In this document: piece after piece, positions 38,521 to 51,929 of the stretch
Layout of the letters: each line of letters opens with the position of its first letter
Numbering within the stretch: the first letter of the stretch is position 1
From: Leucoraja erinacea
Taxonomy: Eukaryota
Length of the DNA: 64,000 bases
NCBI RefSeq assembly: GCF_028641065.1
Contig: NC_073408.1
Span: 12,710,001 to 12,774,000, forward strand
Reading direction: 5' to 3'
Translations under genes and position numbers: made by a program
Notes under the pieces: generated by a model
What the model was told of the DNA's origin: nothing
The model's input: only the letters and a program-made list of their open reading frames with translations
The model's database searches: none

Positions 38521-39857
38521 TTAATTGCCCAAGTATTGCAATGGAAAAAACACAATTTCAGAATTGCAGAATATAACAATGTTTAAAGGAACGTTCCATG
38601 TAACTGCAGTTCATTATGAGAGAATTATAAAGCAATGTCGCCAAACTTCATGAGCCCAGCATAATAAGCACTTTACTGTATAATTTGGTGTGACTATGTA
38701 TATAGTTTATTTTATAAAAGTCATCTATAAATGTTGTGATTGGTGTAGTTAGATCTACCTCTTAAGGACAAAGGAACAAAGGGATATGAGGAGAAAACAG
38801 GAACGGGGCACTGATTTTGGATGATCAGCCATGATCATATTGAATGGAGGTGTGGCTCGAAGGGCTAAATGGCGTACTCCTGCACCTATTTTTCTATGGT
38901 TTATGTTCTAGTTCTTGTTTAATATATTTATTGATCTTGTGTGCAGTGAGTTATAATTTAATATATTTAAGCATATAGAGCATTGAAATAAGTTCTGCTA
39001 ATTGATCAAATTGGACTATTCAGTCATTGAGCTTGTTCTATTCTTTATCTTTCTAATATTAAATGTACAAAGTCTGAGCCAGGGATTTATTAAATGGTGA
39101 CCAACTGAAATTTCTTAATCACTGGTGATTTTAACTTTATTTAAAAAAAGAGAAAATGTTGGAAATATTCAGAAGATTCAGCAACATTCAGTGAAGCGAG
39201 AAGCAGAGTTAATAATTCAAGTAATCAGAATGCACTGGAGGCCACGTTATCAGATTGATTTGACCATCTGTTATTGATGTGAAGAGTAATTCCTTTGCTC
39301 AGGGTGATGAATCTTTGGCATACTCTACACTTGAGATTTGTGGCAGCATAAACATTGAGATCATTCCCTACTACATTCAATAGATTTTTTGATTAAGAAA
39401 AATGGGGGTGGTGCCGAAAATAGTTGAAAATTGGCCAAATCTTGATTAAAAGCTGAGCAGGTTTGAAGGCAGAGGGCCTACTCCTGTTTCTATTTCTTGC
39501 TTTCTTATGTCCTGGGCTCCATGGCCAAATTAACTCTAAAGGATAGTGGGGTAAATGTTGATGGGAAATCCATCGGCACGGCTTTAACAATATAGTCAAG
39601 TTACTGCATTGATTTCAGGCTACAAACTTATTCCATTTATTTCAAAAGCATTTATTTGGTCAGCTATATCATCAATAGATGACCAAATGCTACAATGATC
39701 TGGATGAAAATGTCGAAGGCTTGATTAGTAAGTTTGCCGATGACACTAAAGTGGGTTATATAGTAGGTAGCAAAGATGGTTATCAAAAATTACAGTAGGA
39801 TCATAAACAGTTAGGCAATTGGGCTGAGGGAATTGTTAATGGAGTTTAATGTAGTCA

Positions 39858-41857
39858 CAGTGCTCTCCATAATGTTTGGGACAAAGACCCATCATTTATT
39901 TATTTGTCTCTGTACTCCGAAATTTGAGATTTGTAATAGAAAAAAATACATGTGGTTAAAGCGCACATTGTCATTTAAATAAAGGCATGCAATGACTGCT
40001 TGAAGTTTGCAATTCATGGACATCACCAGATGCTGGGTGTCTTCTCTGATGATGCTCTCCCAGGCCTGTTAGCTTGTGCTTGTTTTGGGGGCTAGTCCCC
40101 TTCAGTTTTCTCTTTGGCATATAAAAGGCATGCTCATTTGGGTTCAGATTGGGTGATTGACTTGGCCACTCAAGAATTTACCATTTTTTAACTTTGAAAA
40201 ACTCCTTTGTTGCTTTAGCAGTATGTTTGGTATCATTGTCTTGCTGTAGAATGAACTGCCGGCCAATGAATTTTGAGGCATTTGTTTGACCTTGAGCTAG
40301 CAGGATGTGTCCATACACTTCAGAATTCCTAAAGGGGCTGTCCCACTGCCGCGACCTAATCTGAGAGTTTAGAAGAGTTTGCCCTCGACTCAAACTCGCA
40401 GCGTGATCGACACGTGGTCCTAGGAGGTCACTGGAACTCTCCTTCATGCTCGAGGGAAATTCCTGCCTACTCGTGGCCTCAGCTAGGTCGTGGAAAATTT
40501 TTCAGCATATTGGTCGGCATGGTTCTTTTGAACTCATAGTGGAGTGGGGTCGCTATGTAGTTACAGGCAGTCTTGGGCAGCCGTAGGCATCTCCTTCGCT
40601 GACCGGGCATTTTAATTGGCTCATTGGAGTTTTCAGGACCAAGGAAAAACGACCGGTAGGTTAAATGCCGGCTAAACTTTATTAAACGTTGTCTGACTTC
40701 TTAAAAGTATCTCCACTCCTTCTCCCCCTCTTCGCCCCCGCTTCTCCCCTTCTCTCCCCTTCTCTCCCCTTCTCTCCCCCCCTCCGCGCTCTCTAAAGGA
40801 CTTACAGTACACTGTGCAGCCGTCTTTTGCCTTTCTGTCCATCGCAAATGTGAATTTCAGACAGCGCTCCCCCGCTTTCCCTGGCCCCCGCCTTTGAGAT
40901 GTGTGTGTGTGTGGTTTTTTTTTCATCGCTGACAGTCGATCCAGCTCGAGGTTTTTCAGGCGAATGCCCTCGAGCTTGATGGTCGAGGACAGCCGCTGAA
41001 AGATCGCCGCAGTGGGACAGCCCCTTTATGCTACTACCATCAGCGGTTGTATCATCAATGAAGATAGGTGAGCCAGTACCTTCAGCAGCCACACATGCCC
41101 AGGCCATAACACCCCCACCACTGTGTTTCACAGATGACGTGGTATGCTTTAGATCTTGGACAGTTCCCTCTCTCCACCACCGTCTTGCCATCACTCTTAG
41201 ATGACGTGATCTAAACGTAAGCAACCAAAAGTTGCTCAAAGTACAAACTGTCTCACTATTTTTGGGCACGGTGGTTTATCTTGCAGTGCTTCTGTATTTT
41301 TGTTTAGTCTTCGCGACATCATTTTACACCGCGACACGAGTGCACGGACGATTTTTCTTTATTATAGCGTAACTTTTGTCATCAGCATGGAGGTGCAAGC
41401 TCACCAGTGCTCGCCGTGAAACATATTTTGGTAAGCCAGGTTTGGCTGACGTCTCTAACAGTTTTATTCGCGTTTCTCAGTCTCAGGACTTTTTGGGATG
41501 TTGATAAACAGCAATAAAATCCTTCCCACTTGGGCGCCTCCTGCATGACGCGCAAATGACCTTAAGTGCTGAAAGCTCTCTTGTACCTGCATTAAAGAGG
41601 CAATTAAACACACCTGAGCAATTACAAACACCCGTGCAGCCATGTGTCCCAAACATTATGGTACCCTGAAATGGGACTGTGTATAAGCAAAGCTATAATT
41701 TCTACATGGTGAGACCAAAATGTATAAAAATGGCCTTTATTAAAATTTGACAATGTGCACTTTAACCACACATAATTTTTTTTAATTACAAATCTCAAAT
41801 TGTGGATTACAGAGGCAAATAAATAAATGATGGGTCTTTGTCTTATGGAGGGCACTG
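39858..41857 (-). mobile_element. Tc1-like DNA transposon, transposase pseudogene
   Basis: TIRs CAGTGCTCTCCATAA.../...TTATGGAGGGCACTG|TA. ORF pieces HTTSSVKHSGGGVMAWACVAAEGTG and FILQQDNDTKHTAKATKEFF are from the Tc1 DDE domain. Confidence 0.92.
40333..41025. mobile_element. PIF/Harbinger-type MITE inserted in Tc1 transposase
   Basis: TIR AGGGGCTGTCCCACTGC / GCAGTGGGACAGCCCCT with TAA/TTA flanks. It interrupts the transposase frame between GSSI and NSEVY. Confidence 0.88.
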
Positions 41858-43768
41858 TAAGTGTAAGGTCTTACATTTTGGGAAGTCAAACCAGGGCAGG
41901 ACCTTCACAGTGCAGATAGAGTGCAGATAGATAATTCTTTAAATGGCATCACAGGTAGGGTGGTCAAGAAGGGATATCGGCACATTACCCTTCATCAGTC
42001 AGGGTATGAGTATAGAAGTATAGGGGGGGGGGGGTAGTTGAGGCAGGTACTTTTACAACACTTAAAAGACATTTGGACAGGTACATGGGGAGGAACGTTT
42101 TAGAGGGATATGGGGCAAACACATGGACTAGTGTTGATTGGGTATATGGGTCGGTATGGGCAAGTTGGGCTGAAGGGCCTGCTTCCATGCTGTATGACTT
42201 TTTGTTCAAAAAGACATTTGCTCATAATTTCTTGGTTAATTGCAGCCAGAGTGCGTGCCACTTGGTGTTCATTTTTGCGCCTGATAAGTGAGCTTGACAC
42301 AATCTTGTGCCGAACTCTGACACTTCACAAATTAGATCTGACACCTGTATTCTTTTGTACGTATAGATGAATAACATTTTGCCTGGGTTTATTGTGATTC
42401 AATTAGTTTTTTAAAACTCGAGACTAAAACAACTTAAAATGATTCAACACAGCTGACAAAAAGCCTGCACTCCCAAGACTTAATAGTGAAAGGGAAATCT
42501 TTGTAACTTATGCTTTTAAATAGAAAAAAAAAACTTTTTTTTGTACTTTTAGATGTTTCTTCAAGTGCATCTAATTTTATTTAATATTTTGGCATGTTCT
42601 AATTAATTCTCACACTATGAGGAGATAATAAAGAATAATATGAGAGTGTAATGTCAGTATCGTGTTCAGAATTTGGGTGCTTTCCTGATGCAGTCCTGCT
42701 GTTGACATGAGCATTGACTTGAATGCTTCCTTGGCTCTGACCTAGTGTTGTTCTGGATGTTCCCCATAAGCACTGGTTACTGAAGCATGCCAGTTAGTGA
42801 AATACTACTTAACCATACGTACTTCTGTTGCAAAAAATGTTGCTGGTGTCATTACCAAAAAATATTCACACATTAATTTGCGTGCAATATATGGAAACAT
42901 TTCCAATTGACCATGCCTATCATATGGTTGTGGTTTTCTTTTCTTTTATCAATTACCAGTGTTACAAACAGGCTGTGTCATGCCTATATTTTAACAATTA
43001 TGAATGGACAATTTTGAAATTACTTGTATATCCTTGTTGGTTTGGAAGACTCTTGGTGTTCTTATGTAGCTTTTAATATTTCAGTGAAAATACTACATTT
43101 TTATGCAGAAACAAGAAACTGAAATAATGTTCTTGATTTATTAGTGATTTAATTCCATGTTTGGATTTCTAAGGGCAACAAAGTGGTTTGTGAAGGATGC
43201 TGGTCAGAGATAAAATTATTTAGCCCTCAAACCATTCAGTTTCAATGTTTTTCTATTTAAAAAAAAAAGAAAATTACAGATTGCCAGCCATTGTTTTGGG
43301 AGATGAGCTATTTTTTATTTTCTCAGAGGAAAATGTTGCAGTCTTCGTTTATCATAAGTCTAAGTTTAGAAACCACAATTTGCACTCCTTTCAACTTCTG
43401 ACTTACCAACGTGAATCAACAAAGTCATATTTTTGGAAACTACGAGATTGTTGGTAGAAGTAGTAATGGGTTGAGATTTAAAAGTATAAAGTAAAATTAA
43501 ATGTTTGGTGCTGTAGAAATGATAAATAACACTTTACCTGTCTGAAGTGTTACAGGTTTACAGTACATCATCTTGGTATATTCTGCAAAGCTGATTATTT
43601 TGCTGAGCAAGTAGTGAACGATGTGATGATCAAAGCATTCTATGGTAGCTATTGTATCTTGTTTGAATTATAGGCTGAACCAGTAATTTAGAGGCATTGT
43701 CAAAGACTGCAATTTTTTCCATGATGTAGAGATAGAACATTCCACCCACTTCTGAGCACAGCTGGAAT

Positions 43769-44530
43769 AAACGAGTTTGGTATTCTGAAAAACGCTAGGA
43801 ATCATGGGATTTGTAAAATGTCATTCGAGAACAAAAAAGCGAACGGGGGCGCCTGGTAGCGGGGGAGAGTGGGGTGTAACAGCGGGAGAGAGGGGGCAGA
43901 TGTGTGTGGGAGACGGAGGGAGAGACTGGACCGGCGGAGACGGTGAGAGGTGGGGTAGAGAGAAGGGGGTGGGGAGACAAGAGCAAGGTTTCAGTTAGAC
44001 AGACAGCCACTGGTAAAGTCTAACTAGGAGAGTCACGAAAATGTCCTTAATCGAGAGATTGCAACTTCAGAACCCTGAGATTTCCGCGGGCGCAAGGAAT
44101 AAATTACCTAAAGTTTGCGTTGACTGAACTGAGTGTTCTTACTGTCTTCATCCTCACTGTAAACAGCCGTTTTGACAGAGTGGTTGGATCCCATCTTCAG
44201 CTCGGCCAACGTCGGTCACATTAACCGGAAAGGCGGTGGGGGAATCAGGAGATGATGTGAGGCATCAGTGATGCTCTGGAATCCTAGCCGGCCGCCGCCG
44301 AGCAGCGGGGTCACCGCCGAGCAACACCCGACAGGTGAGCGGCCCGCAGTAGCTGATGCCTCTCCGCACGCTGCTGGAAGAACTGACACATTTACTCTCA
44401 GGTCGGGCACTAAGAACACTTACCAGGACGGTAAGAACACTCAGTTCACTCAATGCAAACTTTAGGTCATTTGTTCCTTGCACCCGCGGAAATCCCCGTT
44501 CCCATCCATCCCAACCACGGCACATGTCTA
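43769..44530. mobile_element. Relative of the AT-TSD MITE at 61772 (one end), GC-rich interior with 68-bp inverted repeat
   Basis: AT|AAACGAGTTTGGTATTCTGAAAAACGCTAGGAATCATGGGATTTG matches the reverse complement of the 62280-62337 end. Inverted repeat at 44079-44146 / 44427-44494. Confidence 0.65.
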
Positions 44531-44844
44531 ATGTGTAAGAAGTCTGAATGAGGGTCTTCTATCCAGAGGTGCTGCCTGTCAGTTACTCCTGCATTTTGTG
44601 TCTATCTTTCGAACAAAAGTGCAAGGTGCCTTAAACCATCTGAAACGGAACCCACCATATACCCGTCAACAATAAGGTACTGTGAGGTTGTGGCTGCGTG
44701 CTTGGGAGGAATTGTAAGCAGCAAGGGGGAAGGTGAAAAACAAAGTGCTAGAGGATATCAGCGGGTCAGGTGACACATCTCTGAAGAGAGGACAGACTAT
44801 GTTTCAGATCGCGACCTTTCTTCAGATCAGGAAGAAGAAGGTAA

Positions 44845-45003
44845 CTTGAATTTGAATTTGATTCCTTTATTGTCATTCAGATCTTTCGGTCTGAATGAAA
44901 TTACGTTGCCTGCAGTCATGCACAGTAACAATAAATAACAAAACATACAATAAACACAAATTAACATCCACCACAGTGAGTTCACCAAGCACCTCCTCAC
45001 TGT
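44845..45003 (-). mobile_element. Non-LTR retroelement 3' UTR remnant
   Basis: (ttcaaa)n tail and aataaa on minus strand. Same family as 10750-10905. Confidence 0.75.
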
Positions 45004-45004
45004 A

Positions 45005-46830
45005 GAGAGTCCAGATACAACCATGATAAGGCCATCAAAAAGGCCAAAAGGGACTTCTGCTCCAAGCTGGAGGATGGGGCAGATGTTTGGCAGCTGTGGC
45101 GGGGCCTGAATGCAATCATCTCCTACAAGGCAAAATCAGGAGGTGGGTCGAATGTCGGCGAAAAATCACTCCCTGACGAGCTCAATGCGTTTTATGCACG
45201 CTTTGATAGGGAGAACACTGATGTGCCTTCCCGAGCCCCCATTTGCTGTGATGGTATTTCAGTCTCAGTCACAGAGGCTGACGTCAGAAAATCCTTCAGA
45301 GGAGTGAACCCCTGGAAAGCGCCTGGACCTGATGGTATACCCAGTCGTGTTCTAAAAACCTGTGTGGACCAACTGGCTGGAGTTTTTACGTACATTTTCA
45401 ACATCTCACTTCTGAGGTCTGAGGTTCCCACCTGATTTAAAAGGGCATCAATTATACCGGTGCCTAAGAAGAGCAAGGTGATGTGCCTCAACGACTATCA
45501 ACCAGTGGCACTAAAGTCAGTGGTGATGAAGCGCTTTGAGAGGTTGACCATGGCGCAAATCAACTCCTACCTCGACAAAAACCTGGACCGACTGCAGTTC
45601 GCTTACCGCCACAACAGATCAACGGTGGATGCAATCTCGCTGTCTCTCCACTCTGCTCTGGACCACTTGGACAACAAAAACTCATGTCAGGCTGTTCATT
45701 GATTGCAGCTCGGCATTTAATACAATCATCCCCTCCAAGCTGGTTACCAAGCTCTCAGATCTGGGTCTCGGCGCATCACTCTGCAATTGGATCCTCGACT
45801 TACTCATTCAAGGACCACAGACTGTTCGTATTGGTGGAAATGTGTCAGCCTCGATAACAATCAGCACGGGAGCACCTCAAGGCTGAGTGCTCAGCCTCCT
45901 GCTGTACTCACTCTACTCATGACTGCGTGGCCGGTCAAAGTGCGAACTCCATCATCAAGTTCGCTGACGACACCACTATTTTGGGACGTATCACTGACGG
46001 GGATGAGTCAGATTATAGAAGTGAGATCGACCGACTGACCAAATGCTGCCAGCACAATAACCTGGCCCTCAACTGCAGCAAAACCAAGGAACTGATTGTA
46101 GACTTTGGAAGAGGTAGGATGGGGACCCACAGTCCCGTTTAGATCAATGGAGAGGGTCAAGAGCTTCAAATTCCTGGGCGGGCATATTTCTGAAGATCTC
46201 TCCTGGTCCGAGAACACTGATGCAATTATAAAGAAAGCACATCAGCGCCTCTACTTCCTAAGAAGATTACGGAGAGTCAGTATGACAAGGAGGACTCTCT
46301 CTAACGTCTACAGGTGCGCAGTAGAGAGCATGCTGACCGGTTGCATCGTGGCTTGGTTTGGCAACTTGAGCGCGCAGGAGCAGAACAGACTACAAAAAGT
46401 AATAAACACTGCCCAGTCCATCATCGGCTCTGACCTCCCTTCCATCGAGGGGATCTATCGCAGTCGCTGCCACTAAAAGGCTGGCAGTATCATCAAGGAC
46501 CCACACCATCCTGGCCACACACTCATCTCCCCGCTACGTCAGGTAGAAGGTACAGGAGCCTGAAGACTGCAACGTCCAGGTTCAGGAACAGCTACTTCCC
46601 CACAGCCATCAGGCTATTAAACTCAACTGAAACAAATCTCTGAACATTAATCAACCATTATCTGTTTATTTTCACTTTATCTGCTTATTTATTGATGTGT
46701 GTATATATTTATATAATGGTATATGGACTCACTGATATGTTCTGTATTCATGCCTATATTGTGTTGAAGCAAAGAAAGAATTTCATTGTCCTATCTGGGA
46801 CACATGACAATAAACTCTCTTGAATCTTGA
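45005..46830 (+). mobile_element. Rex1/Babar LINE, 5'-truncated RT pseudogene
   Basis: KAPGPDGIPSRVLKTC, LQFAYR, SSAFNTI, TGAPQG, IIKFADDTT, FKFLG, KKAHQRLYFLRRL, with several frameshifts and stops. 3' end has aataaa plus (tcttga)n. Confidence 0.93.
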
Positions 46831-47475
46831 ACTCGTTTATATTGCACATTAGATTTTCAGCCATATTATTGTAGCTCGTCTTCACTGTAGGTGATATGTT
46901 TAAATTTTGGACTTTCTGATTTAAATTTCAAGCATTTTTCTCGTGGCAAGGCATTACCTCCTCAAAGGAAGATAAATATAATAAGTAAATGAGACATTAT
47001 ATACCATATTTGTAAAAATATATAGATTTGAATCACTTTCTTCTATGCATTTATATCAGAACTGGATTTTTCTCTACATATTTATAACAGAAGTGGATTT
47101 TAGTTCTAATTGTGGAATTTAATTCCTGGTTATGAATTCAACCCTTCATTGTCGTGTGATGAGTAGTTATGGTGGGTGATTCATATATAATATAAACACA
47201 GTGATTTCATATCATTAGAAGGTCATTGCTTGAATCGAGGGTCTGACGTGAGTGACATATTCAGAACGTCCCTCAAAATGTTTATTTCTTTTTATTGCTC
47301 CCTACCACTATTAAATGCAGTGGAATTGCTATTAACTATCAGCATTAGGAGTAAGTTATTGACAATACGAGTACATCAATTGTTAGAGTAAAATAGTGTA
47401 TCTGCAAAATTCCTTTAAATGGAACCATTTCTAAGTCAACAAATTACATTTTGAGCACTGAACTAATCTTGGTAC

Positions 47476-47790
47476 TTAGTTTAGTTTAGACATACAGCAC
47501 GGAAATGGGCCCTTCGGCCCACTGGTTCAACGCTGACCAGCGATCCCCGCACATTAACACTATCCTACACCCACTAGGGACAATTTTTACATTTACCAAG
47601 CCAATTAACCTACAAACCTGCACATCTTTGGAATGTGGGAGGAAACCGAAGATCTCGGAGAAAACCCACACAGGTCACGGGGAGAACGTACAAACTCCGT
47701 ACAGACAGCACCCGTGATCGGGATCGAATCCGGGTCTCCGGCGCTACATTCGCTTTAAGGCAGCAACTCTGCCACTGCGCCACCATGACT
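47476..47790 (-). mobile_element. tRNA-derived V-SINE (HE1-like)
   Basis: Head 'gtcatggtggcgcagtggcagagttgctgcc...cccggattcgatcccg', V-domain and (ctaaa)n tail. Confidence 0.88.
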
Positions 47791-48269
47791 GTCGCAGATT
47801 TGAAAATATAAAGGTACTGATGTAAATACACACACACACAGTGCCCAAACACACTCGAATGAGTATTTTAATAGACAACAATCAAAGTACTGTGCAAAAT
47901 ATTTGGTGCATTTTATTGTCCATTGCATCTGAGTCTCTCCATTCTTTGTTATCCTGCATAATTCAGAGTCAGTAATAAATAGACCTTTGCCTCTTCAGTG
48001 TAAGAGAGATTTCCCTTGAGAAATGCTGCATAAATATTTTTATTTCCTCTCCCAGCTTCACGATGTAAACTGGAGTTCACCCGTGAGTTCTCATGGTCTT
48101 GGGTCAACTTTCTCAGATTTCCCTTACTGTCCAGTACACACAATATCCTCTCCCTCACACTCTCCTGTTCTTTCTCTCTCTTGCCCTTTCTGCCCTCAGC
48201 CTTTGGGCCCTATCCTCGGCCAGCCCCCTCCACTTGCCAAACCTTCCCCCCTCGATGAACCATTGCTGA

Positions 48270-48820
48270 CCTATCCCGCTGCACTCTCCCCATATCCCTT
48301 GATGCTTTTTGCATCCTATCCAAAACTACTTATTTTAAGAATACTCATCACTCTTCATGATAACGAATTTCACACTTCCTCCAAGCCCTGAGCGAATGTT
48401 GCCCTGTACCCTGAGACAGTGACTCATTGTTTTAGACATCCCACTTGTGGGAAACAGCCTCCCCATGTCCAGTTAGTCTGGCTTGCCAAAATTTGGTCAT
48501 CTTCAATTTGAACCTCATTTTTCTCAATGGCAGTGAACACAAACCTAATGGACTTAATCTCTCCTAATATGGTAGTTCCTCAATCATGGTAATCAGTCTG
48601 GCGAACCTTTGCATTCCCTTTTTAATAAATATACAGCGTTGAGTCAACCTTCAAGTAATGAGACAAAAAACTGTATACAGTACTACAAATATGGCCTCAC
48701 AGATGACCTGTGTCATTGTTGCAAGATATACCTGTTCCTGATGCACATAAATTCTCTTGCTACTAAGACTGGTGTATCATTGATGCATTTACTGCTTGCC
48801 TCACCTGCATATTTCCTTTA
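48270..48820 (-). mobile_element. Decayed CR1 fragment
   Basis: 'ctctccccatatcccttgatg' and 'aaactgtatacagtactacaaatatggcctcac' are reverse-strand CR1 3' signatures. Confidence 0.6.
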
Positions 48821-49816
48821 GATAGATAGATAGGTTTTATAGTGTATCTGTTTCTGTAACTAATTTCATCATACAGTGGACAGAAGAATAAAAGTTCACT
48901 TCTTGCCCATCAAATGCCAACTATTTCTAATAATTTGAGGCTGTTTTTCAACTCAAATAAATTGACCAAATCTTTGTGATGTTGATTAGATTATTGGATG
49001 CATATTCCTGAGGCCAGATTTGTGATTAGGGATGCAAGCATCAGTCTCACTTGATAGAGAATTAAATTATATTACATTAAATAAATCTGGAATAAAAACG
49101 ATAACTTATGTCAGTCATGATGTCATGAAACTGCTGGACTGTAAAAGAAAAACAGTTTCAATAATGCCAGATACACTCTTTGCCTTGTCTGCCTTTTCTG
49201 TGTTGGCTCTTTACTGCCCTCTGTAAAGGCCTAATAAACTGCTGGGTTGTCAAGAGGGCAATTCACGATTTCATTTCTAAGGACAATGAAGGTTTAAGGA
49301 ATGAATACCTGGGATGCTCCCAGTGATGCCCTGCAAATAAATTAAAAACAAAATTTGATGAGTATAGGGGAATGTTGTTGACTTAACGCGCAGTTTATTT
49401 TAAGAAATGTGGATGTGTGCAAATCTAAAATCTTGAAAATGTAGCATGAAACATTAACCCTGTTACTCCAGCAGATATTGCCTGCTCTGCTGAGTATTTC
49501 TATTTTATGTTTCGACCTAATTTGTCATCTTAGCTGCAAAATATTTTAATATAAAAATCTATTAAATTTTGAAGTTTCTTTTATGGAGATCATTTGAACT
49601 TTATGGCATCATTTTCACTTATTCTCAATCTTGCAAAACCACTGTAATTTAAAGTCAGCAGCAGGCTTGTTTAATGAAAATCGCAATAAAACAGTCCTGA
49701 AACTTGACTTTGAAGTGGCACAAGTCTTTCTTCTGTCTGATGTAGTTTTCCATTTAAATGAATGTCTGTCAGAGCATCAAATTGCCTGGGGATGCTGCAC
49801 ACTTTATTTTATATTA

Positions 49817-50788
49817 CAGGTGCACAACCTTTTATCCGAAAGCCTTGGGACCAGTCACTTGTCGGATTTCGGACATTTTCGGATTTCCGAATGGAAGATT
49901 TTTAGCATAGATTAGGTAGGTAGCGCGGGCGGCTTGAAAAGTCTGGAACAGCTGCCTCCTCCCCGGAGACCGGGAGAATCATTGCATAAATGTTAGTCAG
50001 TTAGTTTGGAAGGATTTTATGTGGTGGTGGTGGTGGAGTAGGGGTGAAGGGGGAAACTTTAATTCTTAGTCCCCTACCTGGTCGGTGACTCCCAACCTCG
50101 CGGAGCTGGGGGCTCCGTCCGGCCGCGGGCGGCGCCGGTTGGAGCTCCGACCCCGGCAACTCTACCCCTGGCTGCGCGGCTCCAAATCCAGCGCTGCTCC
50201 GCGAATGTTGGGGAGTCGGCGGCCACAGCGCTCCGGAGCTTGCCGCACGGCGACCCGGTAAGGCATTGCCCGCTCCCCGCTGGTGTCCCAGCGCTGCGAT
50301 GCCGCCGACTCCCAACATTCTCGGAGCTGGGGTGCCCGGCCGCGGGCCGCGCTGGATTTGGAGCGCCTCGCAGCCAGGGGTAGAGTTGCCGGGGTCGGAG
50401 CTACAACCGGCGCCGCCCGCAGCCCCACCGGCCACAGCGCTGCGGAGCTTACTGCACAGCGACCCGGTAAGGCATTGACCGCTCCCCGCCTCTCCGACCA
50501 GGTAGGGGACTAAGAATTAAAGTTTACCCCTTCACCCCCCCTTCACATAAAAGCCCTCCAAACTAACTGACTAACATTTAAGCAATGATTTACAGATGTT
50601 TAAGCGTCGCCCGGTCTCCGGGGAGGAGGCAGCCGCTACAGTAGTACAGACCTGGGTTGACCGTGGGTCGTTTCGGGTCAAGTTTGGCGCCAAACGCGAG
50701 CTTTGGTGCGCAGACGACATCTGGAAAAAATGGCCGGTTTTCGGAGTTTTTCGGTTTCCGGAACTCCGGATAAAAGGTTGTGCACCTG
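49817..50788. mobile_element. Complete Tc1/mariner (Tigger-like) MITE with palindromic GC-rich interior
   Basis: Perfect TIR CAGGTGCACAACCTTTTATCCG and TA TSD on both sides (49815-16, 50789-90). Confidence 0.93.
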
Positions 50789-51929
50789 TACAATGTTATT
50801 GTCTTGAAATGATTGTTCAATTACAAATTTTAAGACCACAACAAGATTGATTAATGGCAGAATACTAGTGTAAAATTAGATTTTTTTTTCATATCATTAT
50901 CCTTAGTTGTGAGGATTAATGTTTAGAACTTTATTTCTTCCAAGTTTAAAAATATATAGTTTACAAAATATACAGGATATTTTAAGTATTCTTCTAGGTA
51001 TTTCATGAATCCTCTTTAATTTATCCCTGTAAAGAACCAGGGGAATTTCAGCTGGCAGTTCCCCGATGTTTCAATAAAACCATATTCAAAAATGCCTACA
51101 GGGTCTTGTTAGTACAACTTAATCCAATGAGTCAAAATGAAAATGTAATTAAAATCTTTGCTAGCACCATCTAATTATTCAGTGTTGGCAACAGATACAT
51201 GGTTTACTGGAATGCAAATGTGATAGGAAAAAGAGATTTTTGAAAGGGCAATGTAATAAAATATCAGTAGCTGCACTATAAAGGCTTCCCCATAAAAGGC
51301 TGACTTTTATCTTTATTTTTGAAAATGTAGAGGGCTATTATCATCGCACAAACCTTCAATGATCAATTATTCTCTCCAATAGTATAGGTGGTATAGTATT
51401 TTTTACCTACAATTACTAAGTGTTTAAATTGACTCTATGCTTCCATAGAAGGTTATGGGTTCAATCTTCACTACAAAACCCAAGTACACATGCATAGTCA
51501 GAGGTGAAAACATTTGGATGAATACATGATCCAAGGTCTTGACTGCTTGATTAAGACAATGTGAAAGAACTCATAGCATTAATCGATGAACCATATTTTT
51601 GAGTTCATGAAATCTTCTGCACTGTTTGGCTGCAGTGCTTTTTTTCGTAAGAATAGAGACTGCATTTTAAATGTATATCATCAGCTCTAAAGGGCATGCA
51701 GGAAACCATGTAAACAAGATTCACACTTGACATGAAAATGCCTAAACATTTCAAATATTATGGTTTATAATTAGAAATTTGGTATAAAAAATAAATCTAA
51801 TTCTGTTTTGCTCTTTCATCCTTTGTATTCTATTACATCGTCAAATTTGCCATAATAATATCATTATCCATCCAGTTGTAACCTGAGAATCACAAGCAAA
51901 TGTATCACGTAATAGCTTCTCTTTGTGCT

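Larger units (their letters stand above)
39690..42200 (+). mobile_element. CR1 fragment split by Tc1 insertion
   Basis: 'agtaagtttgccgatgacactaaag' (SKFADDTK) lies before 39858, and the element resumes with 'taagtgtaaggtcttacattttgggaag' after 41857. Confidence 0.8.

Noticed and set aside
41180-41560. Unusually scrambled, CpG-rich segment within Tc1
   Set aside because: Still roughly collinear with Tc1 sequence. Most simply low-quality consensus or local decay, not a captured gene.
5833-47790. tRNA genes at SINE heads; all four V-SINEs on minus strand as evidence of gene orientation
   Set aside because: The heads are fused to V-domain and LINE tail, so they are SINEs, not tRNAs. Four copies are too few to infer strand bias.
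50001-50513. GC-rich overlapping ORFs / CpG-island promoter
   Set aside because: Entirely inside a TIR-bounded MITE. The ORFs arise from GC-rich palindromic sequence.
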